64,000 bases of DNA from Octopus vulgaris (taxonomy: Eukaryota): positions 162,688,001-162,752,000 of the forward strand of contig OX597817.1 of NCBI GenBank assembly GCA_951406725.2, read 5' to 3'. This document shows, in pieces, positions 1 to 11,771 of this stretch. Within the stretch, counting starts at the first letter, position 1; each line of letters opens with the position of its first letter. Both the position numbers and the translations under genes were made by a program. Below the pieces are notes generated by a model that saw only the letters and a list, made by a program, of their open reading frames with translations, made no database searches and was not told where the DNA came from.

Positions 1-725
1 CATCATGGTGTTGGAAGTGATGGTGACATACTTCCATTGTTCCACACAGCCTCAAACTTAATATAGAGCCTATATCATAGGTTCTCAAAATGAGTGCTAC
101 CCCCCCCCAGTGGGTGTTGAGTCGGTGGGGGTGGTAGAGAAAAAGGAGGTATTGGAAGGAAGGCAGTGAATTGAGGGATGATGTGAATTTATTATAGTAT
201 TGTATATAGATTATATATTATATTAAATATCAAATGATTCATAGTATATATAAATTAGTAAAATATAAAATATTTATACATAAAAATGGGTGGGGGCACT
301 GAGGGTATTATGTGGCCATGAGGTGGGCGGTGGTCCAAAAGGTTTGAGAACATCTGGCTTACATCAAGTGTCTGGAGAAGGTAGTGCTGCCCTGGGTCAA
401 AAGGGTGGCTGCTGGAAGACCCTATGTCTGGCAGCAGGACTCTGCACCATGCCACACAAGCAGGAGAACCCAGACAATTTCTGTGACCACATCACTCCTA
501 ACATCTTGCCACCTAACTCCCCACACTGCAACCCCCTTGATTATTATGTGTGGGGCGCAGTTGAGCGAGAGAGCAACAAAACTCCTTGTAACACCAAAGA
601 TGAACTGAAGGCAAAGATTATGGTAACATTCACTTAAACAAGGAGATCGTTCAGAAGAGTTACAGGAGATTCCAAAGTCGTCTGGAGGCTGTCGTTGAAG
701 CCAATGGCAATTTTATTGAATAAAT
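1..725 (+). mobile_element. Decayed Tc1/mariner-family transposase (DDE C-terminal part), interrupted by a MITE
   Basis: Frameshifted translation gives ...YIKCLEKVVLPWVKRVAAGRPYVWQQDSAPCHT...PPNSPHCNPLDYYVWGAVE, matching the QQD-A-P-H and SPDLNP-D motifs of Tc1/mariner transposases. Confidence 0.85.
76..356. mobile_element. hAT-type MITE inserted in the transposase relic
   Basis: Imperfect TIRs cataggttctcaaa / tttgagaacatctg; 8-bp target duplication gcctatat (68-75) / gcttacat (357-364); removing it rejoins the transposase sequence. Confidence 0.75.
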
Positions 726-811
726 TTACTCTTTTGTATTTCAAGATATTTTTATGTAATTTTGGTAAATATATCTGTTAAAATGAACTGTCAGTGTTCT
801 TTTTATTTTTG

Positions 812-1100
812 TTTACTCTCGGGTCTCAAATAATAGGGATGCTGGAATAAGCAGGTGGGCTGGACATTTGCTTAAATTTATATAAGTTGGTGGGTTGGAA
901 AATTGGTAATTGTATAGTGGTAACTATAAAATTTTTAAATTTTCTAGGTTGTCTCCCTTGATGTTTTTAAAAACCCAGTTATTTATTCTCGTATCTCAAA
1001 CAATAGGGGATGGTGTTGGAATAAGCATAAGGTTGGACATTTGTTTAAATTCATATAAGCGGGTGGGTGGGAATCAGTAACTGTAAAGTGTATGTACGAA
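812..1100. repeat. Two diverged ~170-bp direct copies resembling a DNA-transposon terminus
   Basis: tactctcgggtctcaaataataggg...ggacatttg...tataag recurs at ~813 and ~984. Confidence 0.5.
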
Positions 1101-1400
1101 AATTAGGAAAAATAAACATCTTAAACCACATATAATGACACAACGAGGCAAGTGAAAGCACATACGTGTGCTCCAAGCGTTCAGTTTAGTTATACATTTG
1201 TATAATAAAAGTAAAACATTTGTTAATTATGGTAATTAATGGGATTTTTATTTATTTATTTACTTATTTTTGTAAATGCTACGAATAAAACATATTGATA
1301 CAAGTAACACGTCTTAAAAAGTAAGAAAAGTAAAACACAATGAAAAGAGTATAATTACCGTTTCGTGAACTGCGGTATTAATTATACTATACATAGTAAA

Positions 1401-1735
1401 TTCGTGGCTCAGTGGTTAGAGCGTCGAGCTTACGATCGTGAGGTTGTGAGCTCGAATCCCGGACCGGGCTGCGTGTTGTGTTCTTGAGCAAGACACTTTA
1501 TTTCACGTTGCTCCAGTTCACTCAGCTGTAGAAATGAGTTGCGACGTCACAGGTGCCAAGCTGTATCGACCTTTGTCTTTCCCTTGGATAACACTGGTGG
1601 CGTGGAGAGGGGAGGCCGGTATGCATGAGCGACTGCTGGTCTTCCATAAAACAACCTTGCCCAGACTTGTGCCTTAGAGGGTAACTCTCTAGGTGCAAAC
1701 CCATGGTCAGTGTCTGACCGAAGGGGGTCACCACC
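1401..1735 (+). mobile_element. tRNA-derived SINE, family A
   Basis: A box TGGCTCAGTGG, B box-like GCTCGAATCCC, 10-bp TSD acatagtaaa (1391-1400 and ~1736-1745); homologous copies at 16229-16563 and 36990-37312. Confidence 0.9.
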
Positions 1736-1789
1736 ACATAGTAAAACATAGCACAGACTCCTAATTTTTCGTCACTGTCATTCTGCAAG

Positions 1790-2185
1790 TTTCTCGGTTT
1801 CGATATTCGCTTCTTTACGGATCACTGAGCTTCACTGGCAGCTGAGATGAGTTTGCTTCGATATGGCAAGAAAAGTGTAGAGGTCTCGTTTTCATCCAAC
1901 CCCAGTATTTTTCCAAGGAACATGGCATCTTTATTTACCCTATTGAAGGTGGGTGTCTTAATGTCAACCAGAGAAGTTGAATTGTTGAGAATCTTTTTAA
2001 CTTGGGTCTTATATCTATTGTTTGAATTTCTTTGAAATAGGAAATATATGTTCACTGGGTTTGTAAAAGTGAGCAAAGCTGCAGTAAACCAAAAGACGAA
2101 TGATCACAATAAGCAGTCAGCTCCCCTATCCTAGTCGTTCACACTCCCAATGCAGGATTCCTCACCATCCAGGTGACAGGCAGAG
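1790..2185 (-). repeat. Unclassified dispersed repeat, with an inverted partial copy at 37705-37940
   Basis: Both copies translate as (T/S)FTNPVNIYFLFQRNSNNRYKTQVKKI; near-identical nucleotide sequence in opposite orientation. Confidence 0.65.
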
Positions 2186-3009
2186 CTGTAAGACGCATTA
2201 CGAATCTATAGCAATTGGAAGGGCGTGACCCAACTGAAATAAACATTAACAAATGTGTGATGTGAGAGCTAAGGAGAAATGAATGTCACCTATGGAGTTT
2301 GCAAATGACCACTATACTGATACGTAACTGGACAGAATAAATTTACAATCTATAAATGTCTTTGAATAAGCAGTCACTCATCTGGGAAGGCCTTGAAATC
2401 AATGTTACCATCTGGGGGCTATGTGTTACCCAGTGATAATAAAAAGACTAAAAGGAGGTCTGCAATCAAATAACTTTACTCCACACTTTGCAACTGAATC
2501 AGTAGAGGCAAAGTTGCCTCTCATTTACTTGACAATTTATGCACCACATTGCAGAAATCACAATCTAAGTATATGTCAAAGCAAACTCTTACACTGTTGT
2601 ACCATTGAATTACAAATAATGCTCATCTTTTATGCTCGGGTGACCCTACAGCAATGGGGTAGGGAAGAATATCTGACATTAATTTATTACCACCAAGAAG
2701 AACTTAACTTCAATTCCCAATGCTTTTAATTCTAAGGGGATGTAGACTACTTGCTGTATTGGGTTTTTTGAATGGGATAAGGATAAAGATGAACGTAGTT
2801 ATATCACCTTCCTCTTTCTTGACCTCCATTATTTTCTTCTGCTTCTCCAAATTATAGTAGGCTTTGGGTATTTCTTCCCTAAATTCATTCTGCTACAATA
2901 ATAGCAAAAAGAAGCAATGTAATTATTTTAGTCTCTAGTACTGACGTAAAATTTGCTAAAAAATTACAATAGATATTCTTGTATGTTGAAAATCTATATG
3001 GTCATGTGT

Positions 3010-3520
3010 GTGCACCGCTTCTTCAGAGCGGCATAGAGGCCGAGTGGAAATAGAAGCATGGAAAGACATCATCGAACAATCAAGGCCATGGTGGAGAAGG
3101 AATGCATCTCACCGCTGTAAGCAGTATTCTGGTACACTATGTCACCCCAATCAGGACAGGCTGAAGAGTCCGTGTCACACACGATAATATTCAGATATGA
3201 ATGGCGACATCTGAGTAAACTATCAGAATGCTCTGCGGAAAATAGAGGACCTGCCTTCGTAGAGATGGGAGATGAAGTCTGGATCAAGCCCCCGAAGGCA
3301 CGCTGCACATCTCAGAGGAACAGTGACGGCTGTTAATTCCATAAATAACGTTTCTGTGGATGGAATGCCGTGTCATGTCTTGGATGTATGCAGAATTGTC
3401 GCTTCGTCGGACGACGAAGGTGGAGGAGAGGAAGAAAACGAGGCTCCCTCCCTATGGGGATCACAGTGTGTATGAGGTGTCCACCCAGGTGGATGGCAGA
3501 TTTTGACATGGAGTGAAGTG
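3010..3520 (+). mobile_element. Gypsy-like LTR retrotransposon integrase C-terminal fragment (decayed)
   Basis: ERHHRTIK (integrase catalytic E region), VFWY, GDEVWIKPP and VSVDGMPCHV motifs, with a stop and a frameshift. Confidence 0.75.
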
Positions 3521-4464
3521 AGGATCCTCTTTGGATCTTTTCTTTTTGAAGGCCAGATTTTCCTAGTTAACTAAAAAATTTGAAACTTCGTATACTGGTA
3601 GAATGTGTCAAAAGAAAACATTATTGTAAACAAAATTGTTATTCGTAACTTAAACGTAGTTTAATTTTTACGAATTTTAACCAATGAAATCCCAGCATTG
3701 CTGCGTTATCGATATTGATAAAGAAATATAGCAGACGCACCACACACACACACACATTTGCACAAGCGCATAGTAATTAATATATAAGCGTACACACACA
3801 TACAAACGGACATACACACACACACACACATAGTAATTAATATATAAGCGTACACACACATACAAACGGACATATACATATACGCACACAAGCAAAAATA
3901 CACGTTCGTGTTTTGCCACTTGCCGCAACAAATTTGCACAAAAGGTAAATAAACCAGAAGAGGGGGGTGGGGTCAATGTTTCATCGTTTCGGGGTCGATA
4001 AATTAAGTACCAATTACGCACTGGTGTCGAGGATTTTTTTCCCAATTTATATCACAGCTTCCGACAAGCTGGGGGCATCCTTTTACGAAAAAATATTTCG
4101 CAAATTTTTACAATACTACTCACATTCCACGCGAAGAAAAGATCCGGATCGGATCTTTGAGATCAGAGGGGCCTGTGAGCATGAGATGAGTCGGAAGGAA
4201 AGGACTGTGACGTCAACGGTCAAGGGTCCTGACAGGAACAAGAAGGGGGAGAGAGGAAGTCGGGGAAGCAAGACCAGGTTCGTTCTCTTTTGGTCTGGCG
4301 CAGTCGCCGTGAACGAACGTCAGTGAAGCGAGCTAACGAGATTGGTAGTAGCAGCTGCTAACATTAGGTGCGACGGGTAGAACAAGTGTTTTGGACTTAG
4401 TACAGCTGACAACAAGAGGTAGGTGAATCGTATCTTATTTCCTCGCATTACAGTCCCCTTGTAC

Positions 4465-5030
4465 CACAATTCCATCAGTCGGAATGTCGTCCTCTGTGCA
4501 GTAAAAGAAAATGTCCCACAACTCTATCACTTTGCTTGGCAAGCTTATCGGGAGGCCTCCTACCTCTCCTTTGGTGACCACCTCATCACATCTGCTTCAA
4601 GGGTGGCCCACTTGAACCTGCTCTATTTGCACTGGGTATTGATGATGCTACCAAGGTGAGAGCTGACCTGGACGTAAGTGTCTGGTACCTTGATGATGCT
4701 TGTTTGTGGGGAGGGGCTCTTGATAAGGTCCTTGCAACTGCAAAAACGATGATTGAGTAACTTGGTCGTGGGGGCGTTAACATTAACAGTTCAAATGCGA
4801 GCTCTGGTTCCTCAACCATCCAGCTTCACATCCGCAGACGGCAAACCTGTTTACAAACTCCTCCCCATCTATCGCGGTTCCTTCTTCATCGGTGTGCTGT
4901 CCTCTTGGAGCCCCAATTACTGACCGAGCTTTTGAGTCCATCTTTCGATTCAAGATAACTAACCTTGAGCAACTTTTGAAAAAGCTTGCAGTAATTGAGC
5001 GTCACGAGCAAGTGCTCGTTTCTATCTCTT
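4465..5030 (+). mobile_element. Decayed non-LTR reverse transcriptase fragment, CRE-like
   Basis: NSISR...AY....L.FG..LITS, QGGPLEPALFAL (QGDPL motif), VWYLDD and LGAPI across frameshifts. Confidence 0.7.
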
Positions 5031-5364
5031 CCCTGTTTTCTTTCCTCCATCAACGCTTGTTCCTCTTCAGTAGGCAGCATCCTCTTCTCTCCAACATGGT
5101 GTAGTTCCAAGAGGGAGGTGGCTGAAGCTCTGTTGCAGTGAAGAGAGCTGGGTTTATCAGTTACTGTTACAGTTGAGGATAGACAGAAGCAGAGAGCATA
5201 GGACAATCTGTGTTCAGATGTTGAATTGATGTTTTCCCCTTCTTTTTTTTCTTGTTCCACTTTTTTCCATTTTTATCTTTGGATATTGGATAAGAATGAT
5301 TGGTAAGACTTACAATCGATTCTTCTTTTCAGATAACTATTACACTCTAAAAAAAAAAAAAAAG

Positions 5365-6105
5365 TTAGCCAATTTAACGCCATTAACATTCAGGCAAATT
5401 CTCTCTTTAGACATCTATTCGGATCTGTCTATTTTTAAAGTATTCCTTTAAAATATAGTTTCAACATTTGAGTATTTATTTCCTACCGGAGATATTAAAT
5501 CAATTTAGAAATTCTAACCATAATTCTGTGTAGAAGCATCTGCATTTAATTATACACATTCTCTTTTTGTATATCAATCCAGTGCTGTGAATTGACCAAA
5601 CTTTTAAAAGGTCCACATTCAGCAATAACCGCTTGATAAGTAAAATTCCTCTTTTAATTATGACTGAATAGCACAACATAGTACCATCATGATCTCCAAT
5701 AATTCTTCTTTCAGCGTAATTAAGAGATTTTGATATCGGAATTCTTATTCTCGAAGTTTCTCTTCTTAGCATTGTGAAACATTATCTTATTATAAAACAT
5801 ATATATATATATATATATATATATAAACAACACATATTTAATATACGTTTAAACAAATGATAAGTGTAATGCCGTGATATACACAGATATATCTTTGATG
5901 GGAAGTGCAGGTAAAGACACAGAGTTAGATCCATCGTGATTAGATACGAATTGATGTCTAAAGACTGGAAAAGCTAAGATAATCCCAACTTTTATGTCGT
6001 AGAAAAAAAGGGGTCAAAACGTTCGAAATTCCCAAACTTACAACGAAATAATTTCTTTTGGTGTTTGGTCGATACATTGATTTATTGTTTGACATACGAG
6101 AAACG
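5365..6105 (+). promoter_or_regulatory. Putative promoter and non-coding first exon of ZNF1; splice donor after 6105
   Basis: Block homologous to 27455-28567 upstream of ZNF3; both end in GAGAAACG|GTAAGT; transcription start not determined. Confidence 0.6.
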
Positions 6106-6570
6106 GTAAGTTGACTAAGATTTACATATTTGTAATGATATGTATGAAAAATAGAATTATTGTATGAACTCTTTAACCATTTGTGGTGCACCTGAGAACT
6201 GTATACAATAATTTCATTATTATTTAAAATCTATACAAGTGACAAATACAATGTTAGAACAATGATATTCACTTGCTGTCTACGTCTTTTTGTTGACATT
6301 CACAGACAGGATAATACTTCCAAGCTGAAATGTTGACCTGTTATTTTTGAAAGAAAAAAATAAAATACTTCAGTGTTATATGTAATATAAAGTAAATTAC
6401 AGATTTGCTATTGAAAACATTTTCATGCTGCTAGTCATGCATAGATATTCTCTTCCACACCGCATGATGCTCTGAAATCACTGATGAAACAATTTAAGCA
6501 ATAACTATAAATAAAATTCTAACGATTTTTATTTGTGTATGTCGTTTAATTCTAATCTTTTTTTGGCGGG

Positions 6571-6734
6571 GGCGTAACTTCGGTATAGGTTACGGAAGTA
6601 CCGGATACATTTCAAGAAAGTGTTTTTTTTTTTATATATATGGTTAGGATTAGGGTTAGGAGTGGGAGAAAGGGGTTTGTTATCTTCAGAAATGTAAACA
6701 AAGCCACTTACGGTACCTATACCGAAGGATCGCC
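6571..6734. mobile_element. Short TIR MITE with internal TTAGGG-like repeats
   Basis: TIRs ggcgtaacttcggtatagg / cctataccgaaggatcgcc; absent from the paralogous ZNF3 intron near 29000. Confidence 0.7.
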
Positions 6735-7029
6735 TTTTTTTTTTTAGTGTTGATTTAATGTGTATCTTTTGTAATAAAACCCCAATTCACGGGTGGTCGG
6801 CGTATGGAATGTGATAGAACTGTCTGCAATGAGAAACATGATTTTGGGTGACTTCCGACGTCTATTTAGTGATGGTCCAGAATAAACTTATTGATTTATT
6901 TAGTTACTATAGTAATCTATCTAATTGAGTATTTGAGAAAAAGTGATGGTGTGCAGAATTAATATGAACGACGATAGAGAAAGGGAGATAGAAATTTACA
7001 GCTTAAAAAATAACTGGAAATTCCTATGG

Positions 7030-7320
7030 GACAACCTGCTGAAGTCTACGGACCAAGTCTGTGACTGGGACAAGGGCCTTTTCAGACGAAAGATGATATC
7101 ATAATAGAACAGTGAGGTGGACATAGCCATTACAGCAAAAAGGCAGGTATGGAAAGAGTGGAATAATGGAGATAGAAAAGAATTATAACGGTTAGACATA
7201 AAGGAAGCTAAGCAACAGGTTTATTGAACAAGGGGGAAAGCAGAGCACAAGAAGTTTGCCAATGTTTTATGACATGTGGATGAGAGACATGAAATATTCT
7301 GGATTGCAAAGCAAATTTAC
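7030..7320 (+). mobile_element. RTE LINE internal fragment
   Basis: Homologous to 16750-17010; NSEVDIAITAKRQVWKEW linker between the endonuclease and RT domains. Confidence 0.55.
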
Positions 7321-7727
7321 TAGTTGGTACCACATTAAATGCATCCAGTTCAATTTATAAAATGGTTGGCATAAGAAATGTTGAGTCCTACCCCATCCTA
7401 TGTTAGCTCTTGCATGCACATACATCCATTCAGCTTTATTCCAGCACATTTTCCATTTGTTCTAACCATTTCATGGGCACATTTATGGTGATAGCCCTAT
7501 AGTTTAAAACCTGCCAGTAAGAGTTCGGCTTCCAACCATGAGTGACTATATTTGTGTTTAATTTTCATCTGAAAGGGAAAATGTCTAAGTGATTACTTCT
7601 CAGACATAGCTAGATGCTTCAACTTATATCATTGCTATTTGCCCAGTCCACCACTAATCTATTATTACAGATAATTTATCAGCATGGATGAAGTAAATGG
7701 GTTTAAACTTTGTGAGAGATGTATGGT

Positions 7728-8320
7728 CATCATCATCATCATCGTCGTTTAACGTCCGTTCTCCATGCTAGCATGGGTTGGACGGTTCGACCGGGGTTCT
7801 GGGAAGCCAGAAGGCTGCACCAGGCTCCAGTCTAATCTGGCAATGTTTCTACAGCTGGATGCCCTTCCTAACACCAACCACTCCGTGAGTGTAGTGGGTG
7901 CTTTTTACGTGCCACCTGCACAGGTGCCAGGCGGGGCTGGCAACGGCCACGGTCAGATTGGTGTATTTTATGTGCCACCGGCACGGAAGCCAGTCGAGGC
8001 GGTGCTGGCATCGGCCACGAGTCGGATAGTGCTTTTTACGTACCACCAGACCAGGGATCCTGGCTGGTTCAATTCGATTTCGATTTCGCTTGCCCCAACT
8101 TGTCTTCACAAGCAAAGGGGGTTGGCAAGGGTGCCTGTCATACGGTCGCATTGGAGTATTTTACGTGCCACGGCCACGAGTCGGATAGTGCTTTTTACGT
8201 ACCACCAGACCAGGGATCCTGGCTGGTTCAATTCGATTTCGATTTCGCTTGCCCCAACATGTCTTCACAAGCAAAGGGGGTTGGCATGGGTGCCTGTCGT
8301 ACGGTCGCATTGGAGTATAC
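7728..8320 (-). mobile_element. RTE-type LINE 3' end or non-autonomous derivative with (GAT)n tail and an internal 159-bp duplication
   Basis: (cat)n cgtttaacgtccg...catgctagcatgg is the reverse complement of the tail of the RT-bearing copy at 51126-52133; 8012-8170 is repeated at 8171-8318. Confidence 0.85.
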
Positions 8321-8889
8321 CATATAGATATATACACATAAATGTGCACAAATAAATATATAAATACGTGGATATATACATGTATAGACATAAATGCAAA
8401 CATGCAGAAATGTATCTGATAAAGATGTACTTAAATGTATATGTATGCATACATCATGAGTGTGCTCAGTGAAGGTTGACCTGGGCCAAACAACAAGCCA
8501 CAGAGAAAGCCATAATATCCTTGCTTTATCTGCTAGAAACAGCAGCCATTTCCCATTTCCATTTCAACTTTCAGTCTTGTAAATTGAAGACTATATTTGT
8601 TGATGTAATGCTAAATATATAATTTCAGAACGAAAGACAGGATAATCATGGATGCAATGTCTTTGATCATAAGGATGTTCACTCAAGGTTGATTGGGGAC
8701 TAAACAACAATGAAAAATGCTGTTTCTAAGAAGAGAAGAATGCTATTGCCCACTAGTCTTTAGATTAAAGTGTATATAATGTTATACAATGTGAAAGTGT
8801 TGCTGTAATTTATAAACATTTAGATTTCATACAATGTCATTTGTTATTAATATAGAAATGCAAAATTTCTCTGTTTGCCTTTCATTCAT

Positions 8890-8915
8890 ATCTTATGTTT
8901 CTTTATTATTTCAGA
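8890..8915 (+). promoter_or_regulatory. Conserved splice acceptor of the ZNF coding exon (ZNF1 exon starts at 8915)
   Basis: tttctttattatttcag|att; the same motif precedes all four ZNF CDSs (30813|30814, 43698|43699, minus strand 25707|25706). Confidence 0.75.
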
Positions 8916-9333
8916 TTTCTTTACATTGGATACTTCTTTAATGTTTATTGTCCTAAAGACAAAAGGAAAATGTTTTACAGAAAAGATATAACCCTGTTCC
9001 TATAAGTCTTATGGTAGGATCATCATCGTCATTATTAACGTCTGTTTTCCAAGCTGGCCTGGGACTAACGCTGAAATATTTGCTCCGAACTGAGATAAAT
9101 AGCAGTATTTCTTTATCTCATTGTCTGATGTATTTTCATTCTTATTAAACTTTAATGAATTCATAAATGAGTTTGGAACAACTTTAGATTTCAAAGAAGA
9201 TCACAATTGATAACTCTGGAAATATCTGCAAGGAATAAACTATTACTTGAAGAAAGAGAAAAAAAGATATAAAGGAAAACATCAATACAGAAAAAAACTT
9301 CAAGGGTTTGATCTGTTTTTATCTCTTGAAAAG

Positions 9334-11199
9334 ATGTCAAAAGGGATACGAAAATTGTATCATTGTGAAATCTGTGGTAAAACATTTTCTGCAAAAAATG
9401 TTTTAAATAAACACCAACACATTCATACAGGAGAAAAAACATATCATTGTGATATATGTGGCAAATCATTCTCTGAAAATAGTGCCCTAACCATTCACAA
9501 ACGTATTCATACAGGAGAGAAGTCATTTCACTGTGAAATCTGTGGTAAATCATTCAGTACAAGTAGTCAAGTAACTACTCACAAACGTATTCATACAGGA
9601 GAGAAACCATTTCGCTGTGAAATCTGTGGTAAATCATTCTCTGAAAATGGTAAATTAACTAAACACAAACTTATTCATACAGGGAAGAAACCATATTGCT
9701 GTGATATCTGTGGTAAATCATTCTCACAAAATAATATCTTAAGGAGACACAAGCATATTCATACAGGAGAGAAGCCATATTCCTGTGACACCTGTGGCAA
9801 ATCATTCTCCGTGAAATGTGCATTAGCTACTCACAAACGTATTCATACAGGAGAGAAGCCATTTCATTGTGAAATCTGTGGTAAATCATTCTCTCAAAAT
9901 GGTGTCTTAACTAGACACAAGCGTATTCATACAGGAGAGAAAGCATATTACTGTGACACCTGTGGCAAATCCTTCTCTCACAGTAATGTCTTAATTAATC
10001 ACAAACGTATTCATACAGGGGAGAAACCATATTGCTGTGACATCTGTGGTAAATCATTCTCACAGAATGGTACTTTAATGAGACATAAACTTACTCATAC
10101 AGGAGAGAAACCGTATCACTGTGAAGTCTGTGGTAAATCATTCTCCGTGAAACATGAACTAACTAATCATAAACGTGTTCATACAGGAGAGAAGCCATTT
10201 CACTGTGATATTTGTGGTAAATCATTCTCAGCTGCAAGTTGGGTGCGTATTCATAGACGTATTCATACAGGAGAGAAACCATTTCACTGTGAAATCTGTG
10301 GTAAATCATTCTCTCGAAATGCTTTAAGTGGACACAAACGTATTCATACAGGAGAGAAACCATTTCACTGTGATATTTGTGGTAAATCATTCTCTCTAAG
10401 CAGCACCTTAAATTGTCACAAACGTATTCACACAGGAGAGAAACCATATCACTGTGATATCTGTGGTAAATCATTCTCTGAATGTGGTATCTTAACTAAA
10501 CACAAACATATTCATACTGGGAAGAAGCCCTATCACTGTGATATTTGTGATAAATACTTCTCACAAAATAGTACCTTAACTAAACACAGACGTATTCATA
10601 CAGGAGAAAAACCATTTGAGTGTCATATTTGTGGCAAATCATTTTCTCGAAAGGATCACCTAATTAAACACAAACGGATTCATACGGGAGAGAAACCATG
10701 CCACTGTGATGTCTGTGGTAAATCATTTTCTACAGATAGTAATTTAATTAGTCACAAGCGTAGTCATACAGGAGAGAAGCCATATCGCTGTGATATCTGT
10801 GGTAAATCATTCTCTCGAAGAAGTGACTTACAAAGACACATGTGTATTCATACAGGAGAGAAACCATATCATTGTGATATCTGTGGTAAATCCTTCTCAG
10901 ATAACGGTACCGTCACTAAACACAAACGTATTCATACAGGAGAAAGACCATATCACTGTGATATTTGTGGTAAATCATTCTCACACCGTAATGTCTTAAT
11001 TATTCACAAACGTATTCATACAGGTGAGAAGCCATATCAGTGTGACACCTGTGGTAAATCATTCTCTCAAAATGCTATCTTAAGTAGACACAAGCGTATT
11101 CATACAGGAGAGAAACCATATCGCTGTGAAATCTGTGGTAAATTATTTGCTCGAAAAGGCGACTTAACTTCACATATATCTATCCATACAAAAGTGTGA
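9334..11199 (+). CDS. ZNF1: tandem C2H2 zinc-finger protein, 22 fingers, 621 aa, no effector domain
   Basis: Uninterrupted CxxC-x12-Hx3H repeats with TGEKP linkers; first in-frame ATG at 9334 (AAGATGTCA) matches paralog starts; ends HTKV*. Confidence 0.95.
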   Translation: MSKGIRKLYHCEICGKTFSAKNVLNKHQHIHTGEKTYHCDICGKSFSENSALTIHKRIHTGEKSFHCEICGKSFSTSSQVTTHKRIHTGEKPFRCEICGKSFSENGKLTKHKLIHTGKKPYCCDICGKSFSQNNILRRHKHIHTGEKPYSCDTCGKSFSVKCALATHKRIHTGEKPFHCEICGKSFSQNGVLTRHKRIHTGEKAYYCDTCGKSFSHSNVLINHKRIHTGEKPYCCDICGKSFSQNGTLMRHKLTHTGEKPYHCEVCGKSFSVKHELTNHKRVHTGEKPFHCDICGKSFSAASWVRIHRRIHTGEKPFHCEICGKSFSRNALSGHKRIHTGEKPFHCDICGKSFSLSSTLNCHKRIHTGEKPYHCDICGKSFSECGILTKHKHIHTGKKPYHCDICDKYFSQNSTLTKHRRIHTGEKPFECHICGKSFSRKDHLIKHKRIHTGEKPCHCDVCGKSFSTDSNLISHKRSHTGEKPYRCDICGKSFSRRSDLQRHMCIHTGEKPYHCDICGKSFSDNGTVTKHKRIHTGERPYHCDICGKSFSHRNVLIIHKRIHTGEKPYQCDTCGKSFSQNAILSRHKRIHTGEKPYRCEICGKLFARKGDLTSHISIHTKV

Positions 11200-11497
11200 T
11201 TGTATCAGTGTCAAAACATATTAAAATGTGTAGCAAAACTTCAACATTTTATGACCATTTTCCATATTAAATCATAGATTAACTTTGTGGACTTAAGAGT
11301 AAGCCATGAATCTGACAATAATCATACTCAGGATGTTTCTTTTCAGCCAGATGTCCTTTCCTGTATCAACTCTTTTAATAGTTTATTACCTGAGATACAC
11401 AGTTTATCTGCACACTTGCTGTTTGTTAAAATTTTTTTGTATGTAAGAAATAACTTGTCATACGGGAGAGAAACCATGCCACTGTGATGTCTGTGGT

Positions 11498-11771
11498 CGG
11501 CTGCGGGGTCATTCCGAAAAGCTCTATCTGCGACGATTTCATCTCAATCGAAGGAGAGGGGCTTTCTCCGTCTGGGTTGCGGATCCGTGGAATAAGCTGC
11601 CGGACGAGATGGTGAAGATGCCGACGACCGCTCAGTTCAAAGTCTCCCTTGATCACAAGTGGCCTGAACTCTTTACATGAACACCACCCTGTACATAACT
11701 CCATGTCCCCCTACATGGCCTTGCTTTTTGCTTTTTGGGCCAAAAAATTAACTAACTAACTAACTAACTAA
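11498..11771 (+). mobile_element. 5'-truncated CR1-clade LINE 3' end with (TAAC)n tail
   Basis: RLRGHSEKL...AFSVWVADPWNKLPDEMV...FKVSLD matches the CR1 ORF2 C-terminal pattern RGH..KL / FS.RV..WN.LP / FK..LD; microsatellite tail. Confidence 0.85.

Noticed and set aside
1403-1480. tRNA-like sequences (also ~23905, ~36995, ~50340)
   Set aside because: A and B boxes continue directly into SINE bodies; these are SINE heads, not tRNA genes
6255-6480. Intronic box C/D snoRNA as the explanation for the conserved intron block
   Set aside because: No canonical RUGAUGA box C at a suitable distance from a CUGA box with a terminal stem in both paralogs
7765-8355. 196-aa ORF and similar ORFs (LQLDALPNANH...) at 22148, 23482, 34130, 43188, 48381 and 51791
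   Set aside because: They lie in the repeated RTE 3' UTR and are not host genes
9247-9333. N-terminal extensions given by the ORF track for the ZNFs (9247, 25432, 31216, 44050)
   Set aside because: They start at TTG; the position-conserved ATG (RAGATG) lies downstream in all four paralogs
9191-10474. Antisense and alternative-frame ORFs over ZNF genes (MIYHRYHS... type; also 24502, 31811, 32483, 44402, 45314, 45947)
   Set aside because: By-products of the 84-bp finger periodicity on the opposite strand
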